Positions 24,701-33,643 of a stretch of 59,571 bases of DNA are shown piece by piece. Positions within the stretch are counted from its first letter, which is position 1. The number at the start of each line of letters is the position of its first letter. The position numbers were made by a program, and so were the translations under genes. The stretch comes from Saprospiraceae bacterium (GTDB taxonomy: Bacteria > Bacteroidota > Bacteroidia > Chitinophagales > Saprospiraceae): NCBI GenBank assembly GCA_016787545.1, contig JAEUUS010000144.1:1-59571 (forward strand). Reading direction: 5' to 3'. The notes under the pieces are model-generated. The model did not search any database and was not told where the DNA came from. It saw only the letters and a program-made list of their open reading frames with translations.

Positions 24701-25474
24701 TGTTTCAAGGCTGAAGACGCCTGTGGTTCAGAAAAAACCTGCTGCTTTATTGTTACAGTGCGCGAAGAAGCCCCATGCGATACCAAAACCAGCGGCTGCT
24801 TAGTGTATGAATTACTGAGTATCAATGCAAATGCAGATCAGGAACGCACCTACAGCATCCGCGTTACAAACAACTGTACCAACAAACTGACCTATACCGC
24901 CATAGAGTTACCTTCAGGGGTAACCGCTGTTGCCCCGGCCAACCTGAGCACCTACACCTCTCCGGATGGCCATGATTACGCGGTGCGCAACCCGAATTTC
25001 TCGCCATTTTATTCCATACGATTCAAGAGTAATGGCGATGGTATTTCCAATGGCGAATCAGATGTGTTCAGCTATACTTTGCCGGCACAATCGCAGCCTA
25101 CGTTTATCAACATCATCAGCAGGCTGGAGCCACAGATTTTCCTCTCGGCACACCTGAATACGTTCAACTGCCCGATTGGAACCAGCAATCGTGATGCCAC
25201 TCCGCAACTTAGCCAGGGCGCCGCACAGGGGCTGGTACTGTTCCCCAACCCTACAGATGGAGTGTTATTTGCCGATTTGAGCAACTGGCAGAATCAACCC
25301 TTGGATCTTCGTGTACTGGATGCCCGTGGCGCTGTGCTGCAACAGTGGTCCGCACAAGGTGGCGGTGAGGCACAGGCCATTCCGCTGGCGGATCAGCTAA
25401 GTGCCGGCTTGTACTTCCTGGAAGTACGGGATCAGGCAGGCAGGCGTGAAGTGGCGAGGTTTGTGTTGAACTGA
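21743..25474 (+). CDS. Giant T9SS-secreted protein (propeller-like N-terminus, five tandem Cys modules, HYR domain, Por C-terminal domain)
   Basis: Start at MFRSAARIIFSLAFFFHNNLVFSQ (21743). Five FCPGxSVxIxGQxY...GCDT modules. HYR-like segment (CACDDMDISQTSGPASGALFPVGNTQVCFKAEDACG). C-terminal VLFPNPTDGVLFADL...LSAGLYFLEV. Confidence 0.85.
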   Translation: MFRSAARIIFSLAFFFHNNLVFSQDPDCPAPTFFKTFGQVDRSEFATAITHTPDGNLYVTGRNNNRTFIQKISLSGQVIWMRDFQISPFEPITPAEIIVDSEGMIVGCGTQAQFAGARRGFVFRYNPNLNTVLWAHPIASNNPVAGGILENGAGGHYVYYHNPILNNGESDIEVLNLDRTTGAVIPAFARRYEFVSSDRLSKMITVNGSLFGVGWSEVDSNTTDFRRVLLARFDPVNGEPIWARLGHLDFTQQADLYGRDLIADGDALISSYIGTTAGTPGVYQLFLQKTNLDGIIEWVRSYNVYSSATKLLSVPDGYVIYGNRLGNEHIVLKTDKDGEVLWSKMIDFGPVGQTDEGNLPPNMGVAAADSLYFAGISTSGVSDVSLWKILNDGTMVDSCDYVDSLSVQSTLVINPGNIPVDLQNTISTAVFTNATPALTDNSLAETLVCPDCTEPDPCPENNDFGVIFTGLDCVNGKIQLGISFCDFDGGLLSDNLSISIYNGNPFTEPADRLHTFAHDSISFTLVQNCSNELLVDLTALFGAANVEDGDQLYVVVNDPGDTNTPYSLGDFPLSHLAECDYTNNMDSLTVNLPTAPTLHLGADQVICANQSVTLDAGAGFYRYQWSNGATTQSTTISFGGNYRVTVTDICGFRQFDTVQIQVLQLPLVQESGSFCPGKSVTIRGFTFDQTGNFQKTIPGLNGDCDTVATFNISQLPYQEKIINVNFCPFTTVTINGQTYEDSGLVRDTVPSAVGCDTILLYFLNQLPLPFRNLHFEICPGDSVKFNGSVYYQPTSFMDTLYSTGFGCDTAVTVTISLLQNVEISDTLRFCPGSSVVIGGQSYTQPGIVQAYLPATTGCDTLVNYHLEWLPAPTLSESVTFCPGSSVTINGQSYTQPGTVIVTIPGTGGGCDTVITYNLSYVNLPPSNLSISCPNTVNVATTPGTGPVPVNFAAATANSDCACDDMDISQTSGPASGALFPVGNTQVCFKAEDACGSEKTCCFIVTVREEAPCDTKTSGCLVYELLSINANADQERTYSIRVTNNCTNKLTYTAIELPSGVTAVAPANLSTYTSPDGHDYAVRNPNFSPFYSIRFKSNGDGISNGESDVFSYTLPAQSQPTFINIISRLEPQIFLSAHLNTFNCPIGTSNRDATPQLSQGAAQGLVLFPNPTDGVLFADLSNWQNQPLDLRVLDARGAVLQQWSAQGGGEAQAIPLADQLSAGLYFLEVRDQAGRREVARFVLN

Positions 25475-25500
25475 GGTTTTGCCAAAGGTTAAAAACATAA

Positions 25501-25553
25501 AATCATCCAAGTAAATTGAAAGTTGAATTTTCAATTTACTTGGATGATTTTTT
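25501..25553. terminator. Bidirectional rho-independent terminator
   Basis: aatcatccaagtaaattgaaa at 25501-25521 pairs with tttcaatttacttggatgatt at 25528-25548 (21-bp stem). It is followed by TTTTT, preceded by an A-rich run, and lies between convergent stops at 25474 and 25647. Confidence 0.7.
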
Positions 25554-25646
25554 AGGAATCTTCATGAATGTTTGATGTTAACAGCCAACAAATTGTCGGG
25601 GTGACTGCAATCAACATGATAATATATCCCCCGAATAAGCGATAAA

Positions 25647-27170
25647 TTATCGGCTGATGATAAGTTTACCGGAAGCATCCGGATTGCCAGGAATGACATA
25701 CCAATAAATACCTTCAGGCAAATACATCAAGGTTAGCTGCCGGCTACTTTGCCCCTGCGGCAGATCAACCGACTGCACCAGCTGGCCCAAAGTATTGAAA
25801 AGCAGGAATTGATGAGGCATGTCATTGATGCCTTCATATTCAACCGTTAATACATCTGAAGCAGGGTTAGGCCAAACCCTCACCCCACCCACCTCGGGCG
25901 CAAAAACCGGAGGCGATACACTCACGGTAGCCGTACACGGCACCCCGGGATTGTCTATAGGACCCAGGCGATAATTGGGAAAAGAAGGCATGGAGGCTCC
26001 CGTAGGGGTCTGGAACTGTACCCCGCGCTGCTCCACGTTACAGGCCAGACCTGGCTCATCCGGGTTGTGGATGACGTGGTAATAGCGGGTGTCGCCACCG
26101 GCCATAACATATATCTTACAATCCGGCCCCAATTGGCATTGCCAAAACATAGTGGGGAAAGGATTGGCAAATCCATCCCATTCAGCCACCGTAATTTGTG
26201 AAGAACTAATATCCGAAGCCCATAAGTCCATTTGAAACAAAAGTTTCCGACAAGAGAGATACAAGTAACGATTATTGGGAGAAATGGCACAGCCAATTTC
26301 ACCCAATAATTGATCGCCATAATCAAAGGATATGGTATCAAATTGGGTAAATATACCTGCCTCACGGTCAAAGGAATAGACCATAACGGGGTTATACCGA
26401 TAGGTACGGTATAATTTACTGCCGTCCGGTGAGAAAACCATCTGGCCAAATCCTTCGCCCTGCGGATCCGGGAGGATACCGATGGTCTGTTGAAAGGTAT
26501 CCACGATTCCCTGGCCGGTGAACTTGAAAATATAAAATTGATTGCTGTTGCGCCGAGGTGTAACCAGCCACCAGTCTCTGCCGTTGGCGTGTTTAACGGC
26601 GGCTATCTCACCACGGGCCAGGCTGTCTGACATCATTTCAACATTCTTGGCCGTAACCTTTCCATTGCCTATGTTTTGATTCATGTCGACAATTGTAAAA
26701 TAGAGCTTATCTATATTTACGCCAACAGGATTATTGAACAAAGTGAATCTTTTATGAAACAAATAGAACTGGCCACTGGAATCGGGCATAGGAAGTATAA
26801 CTGAAGCACCTGGGCCTCCTGAATAGCCTTCATTGTATTGCTCACACCATAATGTATGAGCATTGCCCGGATTGAGTCCCTCTCCATTTTCTAAAATTAC
26901 ATCATCTGCTCCGGCTATGACACATCCATTGGTGTAAAAAAACAAATTGCCTGCTGTGTCACAGATACTGGAATTAGTGGTGTACATGTTATGCTCACGG
27001 TAATGATAACTCGCTTTAGGTGGGTTGAAATTAAAGTCTAAAAGCCCTCCCCCAAAAGTTGTATCAAGGGTCTGATTTTCACGACCCATTACCCAAACAT
27101 AATCGAATTTTTGAGCATAAATGAACCCTTGCCAATAGACTATCATCATCAACAGCATGAATAATTTCAT
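25647..27170 (-). CDS. T9SS-secreted protein, probable beta-propeller, function unknown
   Basis: Start at MKLFMLLMMIVYWQGFIYAQ (27170). No catalytic motif recognised. C-terminal VRVWPNPASDVLTVEY...LPEGIYWYVIPGNPDASGKLIISR. Confidence 0.8.
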   Translation of the reverse strand: MKLFMLLMMIVYWQGFIYAQKFDYVWVMGRENQTLDTTFGGGLLDFNFNPPKASYHYREHNMYTTNSSICDTAGNLFFYTNGCVIAGADDVILENGEGLNPGNAHTLWCEQYNEGYSGGPGASVILPMPDSSGQFYLFHKRFTLFNNPVGVNIDKLYFTIVDMNQNIGNGKVTAKNVEMMSDSLARGEIAAVKHANGRDWWLVTPRRNSNQFYIFKFTGQGIVDTFQQTIGILPDPQGEGFGQMVFSPDGSKLYRTYRYNPVMVYSFDREAGIFTQFDTISFDYGDQLLGEIGCAISPNNRYLYLSCRKLLFQMDLWASDISSSQITVAEWDGFANPFPTMFWQCQLGPDCKIYVMAGGDTRYYHVIHNPDEPGLACNVEQRGVQFQTPTGASMPSFPNYRLGPIDNPGVPCTATVSVSPPVFAPEVGGVRVWPNPASDVLTVEYEGINDMPHQFLLFNTLGQLVQSVDLPQGQSSRQLTLMYLPEGIYWYVIPGNPDASGKLIISR

Positions 27171-27237
27171 GACATCACAAAATAAGGGATACCCTACGAC
27201 CAAAAATGGCGTAGGGTATCCCGGGTGAAAAGTTGTA

Positions 27238-30200
27238 TTAGTGATTTATTACAAGCTTGCCTGAAGAATTTGGCAAACCAGGAATTGTGTACCAGTAAAC
27301 ACCTTCTGGCAGGTTAATCAAAGAAAACTGAATGCTAGTCTGGTTGTTTGGCAAGGTAATCATCATTACCGTCTGGCCAAAGGAGTTATACAGCAGGAGT
27401 TGATTGGTCAATACCTCCACCGGGAGGTACTCAACAGTGACTGAATTACTGGCTGGGTTAGGGTAAACACGTACAACTTGAGTCGCGTTGCCAGATTTTT
27501 TAGACCTTTCTCCACCTCCACAAATAGAAGAATCATCATAATTCACAGGTGATCCTTGTATCAATTGGAGCATTGCCCGTGCCCTCAACACCGCTTCTCC
27601 GTCAGACAGCGGGCAGAGTGCGGCAATACCTTCTAATGTGGCTACTTGTGTTTCTGAAAATTCAAGATTACCAACAGCTACGGTTTGCAGAAATATCTGG
27701 TTGACCAGTTTTTCATTGACCTGATAAGATGCGCTGCCCGTCAATGCAGTATTCAAGGTCAACAGGTTGGCTGCTGCCGTTGTACGGCTGCCTTCGCTCA
27801 TCGCGCCCAGCTGGCGGATGCCTGTTTGCACATTGGCATAGGCAGAGAGTCCGTTTGTTTGTGCTTGAGACAGGAAAGCCGAAACGTCTGAATTGCCTGG
27901 ATAGGGGTTTCCGCCCTCCATGACAAGTTCATAGAATCTTCTTTGTGACAGCCATTGATTGGCAGCCTGATAAGTGGCGCCACCAAGTTCTCCTTTCACG
28001 ATCTTGAGGTCTAATGAATAATCCGGAGTTGGAGCAGGGGTAGGAGGGCAAATAGTACTGGCCCCGCAATCAAATGACGGTGAAGGATTTGAAACATTTA
28101 AAAACCAGGCGAAAGGCAGCCAGGCGCTCGGTAAAAAATCAGGATTTTCGGCAGCATCTACCGTAAACTTTGAATGAAAGTCTGCCCCGACGCCTGCCAA
28201 GGCATCCACTCCATCAAACTTATTCCCCCGATGTACCTGAGGGCCCAGCACCGCATCTGTACCGAGTAATAACCCGGCGGTGCTGTTGTTCTCCAGGGTG
28301 TTGCCGGCAATATCTGCTCTGCTTTTCCCGGCCAGCATTCCTTCAAAATGCAGCCCGCGCGCGGGGCCGTCGGTGGTATTGCAGCTTACGCCCGGGCGGG
28401 AAGCATGAATTGCAAAAATACCGTCGTTGTTGCCACCTCCGGGATTGTTGACAATGTTGCAGTTAAGGGTATTCTGGTCGCCCCCTTCCATTCGGATGCC
28501 GAAGCGCGCACCGCTGCCTGCGAGAGATACGTTATTCTGGGTCACTTTGAGTTTGTTGGCCACACCAATTTGAATTCCGGTAGCGCCTTCTTCTACCGTC
28601 ACGCTGTTGCCGGCCACAAAACCTTCATTTTGCGGAAACATTTCCTGCCCGCCTATGGCAATTCCCGCACCATTGGCATTGCCGGCCATGTGTATGATAT
28701 TGTTGCTTACAGCAGAAGCGCCGGGCAGCCCGGACTGGTAGAATACGGATATGCCGCGGTCGGAGGCCTTGATATTGTTCCAGTTAACCGTGTAAGATTT
28801 GTTGATGCCGCCGAGTGCCACAACCCCATTGGTCATGTTACTCATTTCACAGCCTTCTACTGCAATGGAGCCGCCCCGAGTATTTACCCCCACATGACAG
28901 TTGTCCATTTTCAAAGGACCAGGAACGATGCCGGTATAATTCCCCTTTATATCGGCATTCCCTCCCGAAACATAGATGGCACTTCCGGTGAATAATGGAC
29001 CAGGGTAGCCGGATGGCCTTGTTTCCTGGAGAATATCCGTAAAAATGGCATCGCGCACCGTTATATGGGTATTCTCTGCCAGAATGCCATAGTGCAGATC
29101 AGAAAATTCGTTGGTAACGCCAAAATCAGGGTCTTTATCCACAAGCAGTCCTCCCGTCAGGTTGTTCGCATAAATACCTGTAAATCCTTTTTCTCCCGGT
29201 GCAGGCAGTTGTCCGCTTCCCCAGGAAGGTTTCAAACCAGCCCCCGTAGTAGCAAAGCGGTTGCCCAATGCAGTAATCTGATGTACTCCGTTACCTTCAG
29301 GCGCTGTCCGGATACCAAAATTATTGTTGAGGAATTTGCATGACTCCACTACTGCAGTGCCGCCTTTTTGAACATTTACGGCATATTGTGCATCTGAAAC
29401 GGATGTCATCATATTCATCTCCAGTGTAGCGCCCTCCCGCACAGTGATGCCTTTCCACATGGTAGAACAGCCTTCCATCCGAATATGTGGCATTTTCACG
29501 GTATTGCCGGCAGCAACTTCCAAACCAGCACCGGCAGCGAAGTAGAGGGTACCGTTGGCTATAAAATTATAAGAATTCCCAAACCCAGGTATCTGGCTCA
29601 TATTCATGAGAACGTCACCAGATATAAGAAGTGGGCTATTGAGCTTCCAGGTATCATTATTGTAAAGCGTTGAAAAATTGCCGCCGGAGACCGAGGCTGT
29701 AGGCCTGAGAGTAAAGTCTAAAGAATAATGCTGAACTGAAATTGTTCCGCTATAAGCGCTTAAAGGAATACCGCTGCCACCGACAGCTTGAAATCCTCCC
29801 AGATATCTAATTTTAAATTGTAGAATTTTAGTATCTCCTGGCATCATGGAGAAATTTTGCTCATTTCCACAATCTGGTTCCGTAATCCAAAACTCTTTTC
29901 GGCTATTGGGAATATCTTTGATGCACGTAAAATCCAGCGAGGGATCCTCCACAAATTCAACATAGTCAGCGTACGAATCAGGAATTAAAACCCTGAAGTT
30001 TCTGAGTGTATTTGAATTGTTGTTCTTGAATGTGAGTGTATAAGTGGTAATGTCGCCGTCCGTTTTACACCCCACCACCGGGTGAGGGTTTTCACTAAAA
30101 ATTTTGAAACCAGAAAATGTTGGGGGCGGGCACTCAAAATCATCATCAGGAAAAAATGAAGGTTTTGTTCGAATGGAGCTACAAAAAGCAGGGGTAAATA

Positions 30201-30876
30201 CTTCCGAGTTTAACCAATTCAGTGTCGCGCCACAGCCTGGATTTAAGGGAGTAATTTTGGCATTGATTGATGAAGGAATGCACATCATAGTAGGGTTAGT
30301 GGCACAGCAATTGGGCAAACCACTTGGTGGCAAATGTAATAAACCTATTGTGTGCCCCAATTCGTGGGCAATAACGAACGAGCTTGCCCCGCCAACAAGC
30401 GCTACTTTATCATAACCGAATCCATGCGCAGCGCCAACTTGTCCTTCTTTGGTGAAAACTAATATTAGATCATCCCCTATAAGACAAGGATATTGCGCAA
30501 TATAATACGCTTTTATATCCGTACACCAACCAGACTTGTCAGAACCATTAAAAGCCGGTGCAACCGCCGAAGGCGCGAATCCCCGAACAAAGGTCATCTG
30601 AAAAGTGGAATTGAATGCAGACTCGTTCAATAAGGCAATTGCATCATCGACGCCTTGTTTAGCCACCATTCTGGCGAGCGCTTCATCACCGCCATAAAAA
30701 TCAATCCAAGTCTGGTCCACAGCTACCCAAATATTAAAATATGATGGCCTGATGGTCACGCCATCGGCTTGGAAGCATTGGGCATTAACTTCTGAAAACA
30801 GGGTAAGTGAAATTACCAACCCTAGAAAAAGGTATCGCAACTTTTTCGATGCGATAAAAAAAATGGAGTGTGACAT
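27238..30876 (-). CDS. T9SS-secreted zinc metalloprotease fused to a long right-handed beta-helix region
   Basis: 1212 aa with a signal peptide. HELGHTIGLLH zincin motif near aa 171-181 (about 30347-30372). A long Gly/Asn-rich periodic region typical of parallel beta-helix repeats. C-terminal VRVYPNPASNSVTVEY...LPEGVYWYTIPGLPNSSGKLVINH. Confidence 0.85.
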   Translation of the reverse strand: MSHSIFFIASKKLRYLFLGLVISLTLFSEVNAQCFQADGVTIRPSYFNIWVAVDQTWIDFYGGDEALARMVAKQGVDDAIALLNESAFNSTFQMTFVRGFAPSAVAPAFNGSDKSGWCTDIKAYYIAQYPCLIGDDLILVFTKEGQVGAAHGFGYDKVALVGGASSFVIAHELGHTIGLLHLPPSGLPNCCATNPTMMCIPSSINAKITPLNPGCGATLNWLNSEVFTPAFCSSIRTKPSFFPDDDFECPPPTFSGFKIFSENPHPVVGCKTDGDITTYTLTFKNNNSNTLRNFRVLIPDSYADYVEFVEDPSLDFTCIKDIPNSRKEFWITEPDCGNEQNFSMMPGDTKILQFKIRYLGGFQAVGGSGIPLSAYSGTISVQHYSLDFTLRPTASVSGGNFSTLYNNDTWKLNSPLLISGDVLMNMSQIPGFGNSYNFIANGTLYFAAGAGLEVAAGNTVKMPHIRMEGCSTMWKGITVREGATLEMNMMTSVSDAQYAVNVQKGGTAVVESCKFLNNNFGIRTAPEGNGVHQITALGNRFATTGAGLKPSWGSGQLPAPGEKGFTGIYANNLTGGLLVDKDPDFGVTNEFSDLHYGILAENTHITVRDAIFTDILQETRPSGYPGPLFTGSAIYVSGGNADIKGNYTGIVPGPLKMDNCHVGVNTRGGSIAVEGCEMSNMTNGVVALGGINKSYTVNWNNIKASDRGISVFYQSGLPGASAVSNNIIHMAGNANGAGIAIGGQEMFPQNEGFVAGNSVTVEEGATGIQIGVANKLKVTQNNVSLAGSGARFGIRMEGGDQNTLNCNIVNNPGGGNNDGIFAIHASRPGVSCNTTDGPARGLHFEGMLAGKSRADIAGNTLENNSTAGLLLGTDAVLGPQVHRGNKFDGVDALAGVGADFHSKFTVDAAENPDFLPSAWLPFAWFLNVSNPSPSFDCGASTICPPTPAPTPDYSLDLKIVKGELGGATYQAANQWLSQRRFYELVMEGGNPYPGNSDVSAFLSQAQTNGLSAYANVQTGIRQLGAMSEGSRTTAAANLLTLNTALTGSASYQVNEKLVNQIFLQTVAVGNLEFSETQVATLEGIAALCPLSDGEAVLRARAMLQLIQGSPVNYDDSSICGGGERSKKSGNATQVVRVYPNPASNSVTVEYLPVEVLTNQLLLYNSFGQTVMMITLPNNQTSIQFSLINLPEGVYWYTIPGLPNSSGKLVINH

Positions 30877-31285
30877 GTTAAATGAAATTGTGTTAAGAAA
30901 AAGAATCAGTAAACACGGATACTTAGCGATCCGGAAAACCTCACAGATTATATATAGGTGGATTAAAAGAACAACCGGTTGAAAAGTAAGACAATCACAA
31001 AAATAACCTGTAAATTAATTTAGTGGATGGACAAATATACATGTAAGTCAGGATTCAAACAGTCTTTATTCCTATGAGTTTTGCTTGGTTAAGTGTTGAA
31101 CAAAGCATCTTTAACAGCTCTTTTTTTACGATTATTAGCACAAGAAAACCTTTTGCAGAAGCAATTTTTAGGAAAGGAAAAAAACAGAATAATTTTTTAC
31201 CGTATTTCAAACCCATAAGTCAGGATCTTGATGGATGTTTTACCTGAATTTTTTTTGATTGACTGCACATTTTTTTACCCCCCCC

Positions 31286-31327
31286 AAAAAAAACGGCCCG
31301 ACATGTTTATGCCGGGCCGTTTTTTTT
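31286..31327 (-). terminator. Rho-independent terminator downstream of the TM2-domain gene (hairpin flanked by A- and T-runs)
   Basis: aaaaaaaa-acggcccg-acatgtttatgc-cgggccgt-ttttttt. On the minus strand it lies 22 nt after the stop at 31349. Confidence 0.6.
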
Positions 31328-31348
31328 CTGTAAATTTGAATACGCAGA

Positions 31349-31804
31349 TTAAGAGAACGCAGCAAAGAACTTGTCGTTTCCTTCGTAGTGATCCATGTGG
31401 CCAATGATCAGGCGAATGAAATCAATCAACGGAAGCAGGCCGAAAATGCCGCCAAACGTGATGATATACAACAAGATCAATACCGGGCGACCGCCGAGGT
31501 ACACGCGGTGAATACCCGTCCAGCCAATAAAGAATGCCAGCAAAATAGCTACTGCTGCATTGTGTTCACCACCCGCCAAAGCTTTGGCTACCATTTTGGC
31601 TTTTTGACCAAATTTTTTCAGTTTTGAGAAAAAGCCGCGTTTTTCAGATTTCTTTTTGATGGTAAGTCCGCTTTCTGTATTGGACTGGTACTGAGCAGTG
31701 GCATTGGTTGGTGCAACAGCTGTAGAAGCCATAACCGGGAGACTTGCCAGGCTGAAAACAGCCATCAGAAGAATGGAGAGCGATTTAAGTGAAAATGGTT
31801 TCAT
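31349..31804 (-). CDS. TM2 domain-containing membrane protein
   Basis: 151 aa. Signal peptide followed by a TM2 signature (AILLAFFIGWTGIHRVYLGG...GGIFGLLPLIDFIRL). Confidence 0.8.
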   Translation of the reverse strand: MKPFSLKSLSILLMAVFSLASLPVMASTAVAPTNATAQYQSNTESGLTIKKKSEKRGFFSKLKKFGQKAKMVAKALAGGEHNAAVAILLAFFIGWTGIHRVYLGGRPVLILLYIITFGGIFGLLPLIDFIRLIIGHMDHYEGNDKFFAAFS

Positions 31805-31847
31805 AGTAATAAAAAAGTTTGGTGAACAAATAGGGCTGCAATGTAAC

Positions 31848-33485
31848 CTAAACTTGTATTACGCCAACATTGAATTTTTCCACAGGTGCATTGTTAGCTG
31901 CTTCAATGCCCATGGATATCCACCTACGCGTATCTCTTGGATCAATGATGGCATCTACCCAAAGCCTTCCCGCTGCATAATAAGGGGTGGTTTGGCTGTC
32001 GTACCGGGCTTTTATTTTCGCAAATAACTCCTGCTCCGCTTGGGGATCAGGTGCTGAACCTTTGTCTTTTAAAGATTGTACCTGGATTTGGGTTATTACT
32101 TTAGCTGCCTGTTCACCGCCCATGACTGCAATTTTGGCACTTGGCCAGGCGGCTATCAAACGTGGATCGTAGGCTTTACCGCACATGGCATAATTGCCGG
32201 CGCCGTAAGAGTTGCCTATAATGATGGTGAATTTAGGCACCGTGGAATTGGCCACAGCATTCACCATTTTAGCGCCATCTTTGATGATACCGCCATGCTC
32301 CGAGCGGGTACCTACCATGAACCCCGTTACGTCTTGTAAGAACACCAGCGGAATTTTTTTCTGGTTGCAATTCAGGATAAAACGGGTGGCCTTATCCGCT
32401 GAATCGGAATAAATTACGCCACCAAACTGGATTTCACCCTTGGCGTTTTTCACTACCTGACGGTTATTGACCACAATACCCACCGCCCATCCATCTATCC
32501 GGGCATAAGCCGTGATGATGGTCTTGCCGTAATGCTCCTTGTATTGGGTGAGTTTGCCACCGTCTACCAATCGTTTGAGCAATTCAAGGGTATGGTAGGG
32601 CTTGGCGCCATTTTCCGGATAAATTTCCAGTAAATCGTCTGGCGTTCCAGCCGCCGGTTCGGGCTCTACCCGGTCAAAACCGGCTTTGTCAAACCGCCCG
32701 AATTTGTCTACCAACTCTTTAATGGTATCCAGACAAGTTTTGTCGTCGGGCATTTTGTAATCTGTTACCCCGGAAATTTCCGAGTGTGTAGCAGCTCCAC
32801 CCAGCACTTCTTTATCGGCATCTTCACCAATGGCCGCTTTCACCAAATATGGACCAGCCAAAAATACAGACCCTGTTTTTTCTACAATCAAAGCCTCGTC
32901 CGACATAATAGGCAGGTAAGCCCCTCCGGCTACACAAGCGCCCATGATGGCCGCTATCTGCGGTATTCCAGCCGACGACATCTTGGCATTGTTGCGGAAT
33001 ATGCGTCCAAAGTGCTCTTTATCAGGGAAAATCTCGTCCTGCATGGGCAGGTATACGCCTGCAGAGTCCACGAGGTAAATGATGGGCAAACGATTTTCCA
33101 TCGAGATTTCCTGTGCGCGCAGGTTTTTTTTGCCTGTAATGGGGAACCAGGCGCCGGCTTTCACCGTGGCGTCGTTAGCCACCACGATGCACTGTCGGCC
33201 GCGGATGTAGCCAATCACTACCACCACTCCACCGGCCGGGCATCCACCGTGTTCCTGGTACATCTCGAATCCGGCAAAAGCACCCACTTCAATACGGGGC
33301 GTGCCGTGGTCCAACAGGTAATCAATGCGCTCTCGGGCGCTCATTTTACCTTCTTTATGAAGCTTTTCGATTCGTTTCTGGCCACCTCCCTCCTGAATTT
33401 TTTCCAGGTGGCGATTGAGGGAAGATATGGCTAATTTAAGTGCATCCGCGTTTTTTGCAGCCTCCAAATTCGTTCCGGTTGACAT
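31848..33485 (-). CDS. Acyl-CoA carboxylase carboxyltransferase (beta) subunit, methylcrotonoyl-/propionyl-CoA carboxylase type
   Basis: 545 aa with two crotonase-like carboxyltransferase halves (GGGQKRIEKLHKEGKMSARERI, DSAGVYLPMQDE, GNSYGAGNYAMCG). Confidence 0.92.
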   Translation of the reverse strand: MSTGTNLEAAKNADALKLAISSLNRHLEKIQEGGGQKRIEKLHKEGKMSARERIDYLLDHGTPRIEVGAFAGFEMYQEHGGCPAGGVVVVIGYIRGRQCIVVANDATVKAGAWFPITGKKNLRAQEISMENRLPIIYLVDSAGVYLPMQDEIFPDKEHFGRIFRNNAKMSSAGIPQIAAIMGACVAGGAYLPIMSDEALIVEKTGSVFLAGPYLVKAAIGEDADKEVLGGAATHSEISGVTDYKMPDDKTCLDTIKELVDKFGRFDKAGFDRVEPEPAAGTPDDLLEIYPENGAKPYHTLELLKRLVDGGKLTQYKEHYGKTIITAYARIDGWAVGIVVNNRQVVKNAKGEIQFGGVIYSDSADKATRFILNCNQKKIPLVFLQDVTGFMVGTRSEHGGIIKDGAKMVNAVANSTVPKFTIIIGNSYGAGNYAMCGKAYDPRLIAAWPSAKIAVMGGEQAAKVITQIQVQSLKDKGSAPDPQAEQELFAKIKARYDSQTTPYYAAGRLWVDAIIDPRDTRRWISMGIEAANNAPVEKFNVGVIQV

Positions 33486-33643
33486 TGATCAGGTAATATT
33501 TAGGGTCCAAGGTACACCTAATAGGCACTTTTATGCAAAACTTAGTTGTACTTTGGCGTTAAATAACCACATCAAATCCGAAAATTTACGGAAACAAACA
33601 AGGCGCTGTTTATTGTCGGATCCAGATGATTAAATAGAATCAT

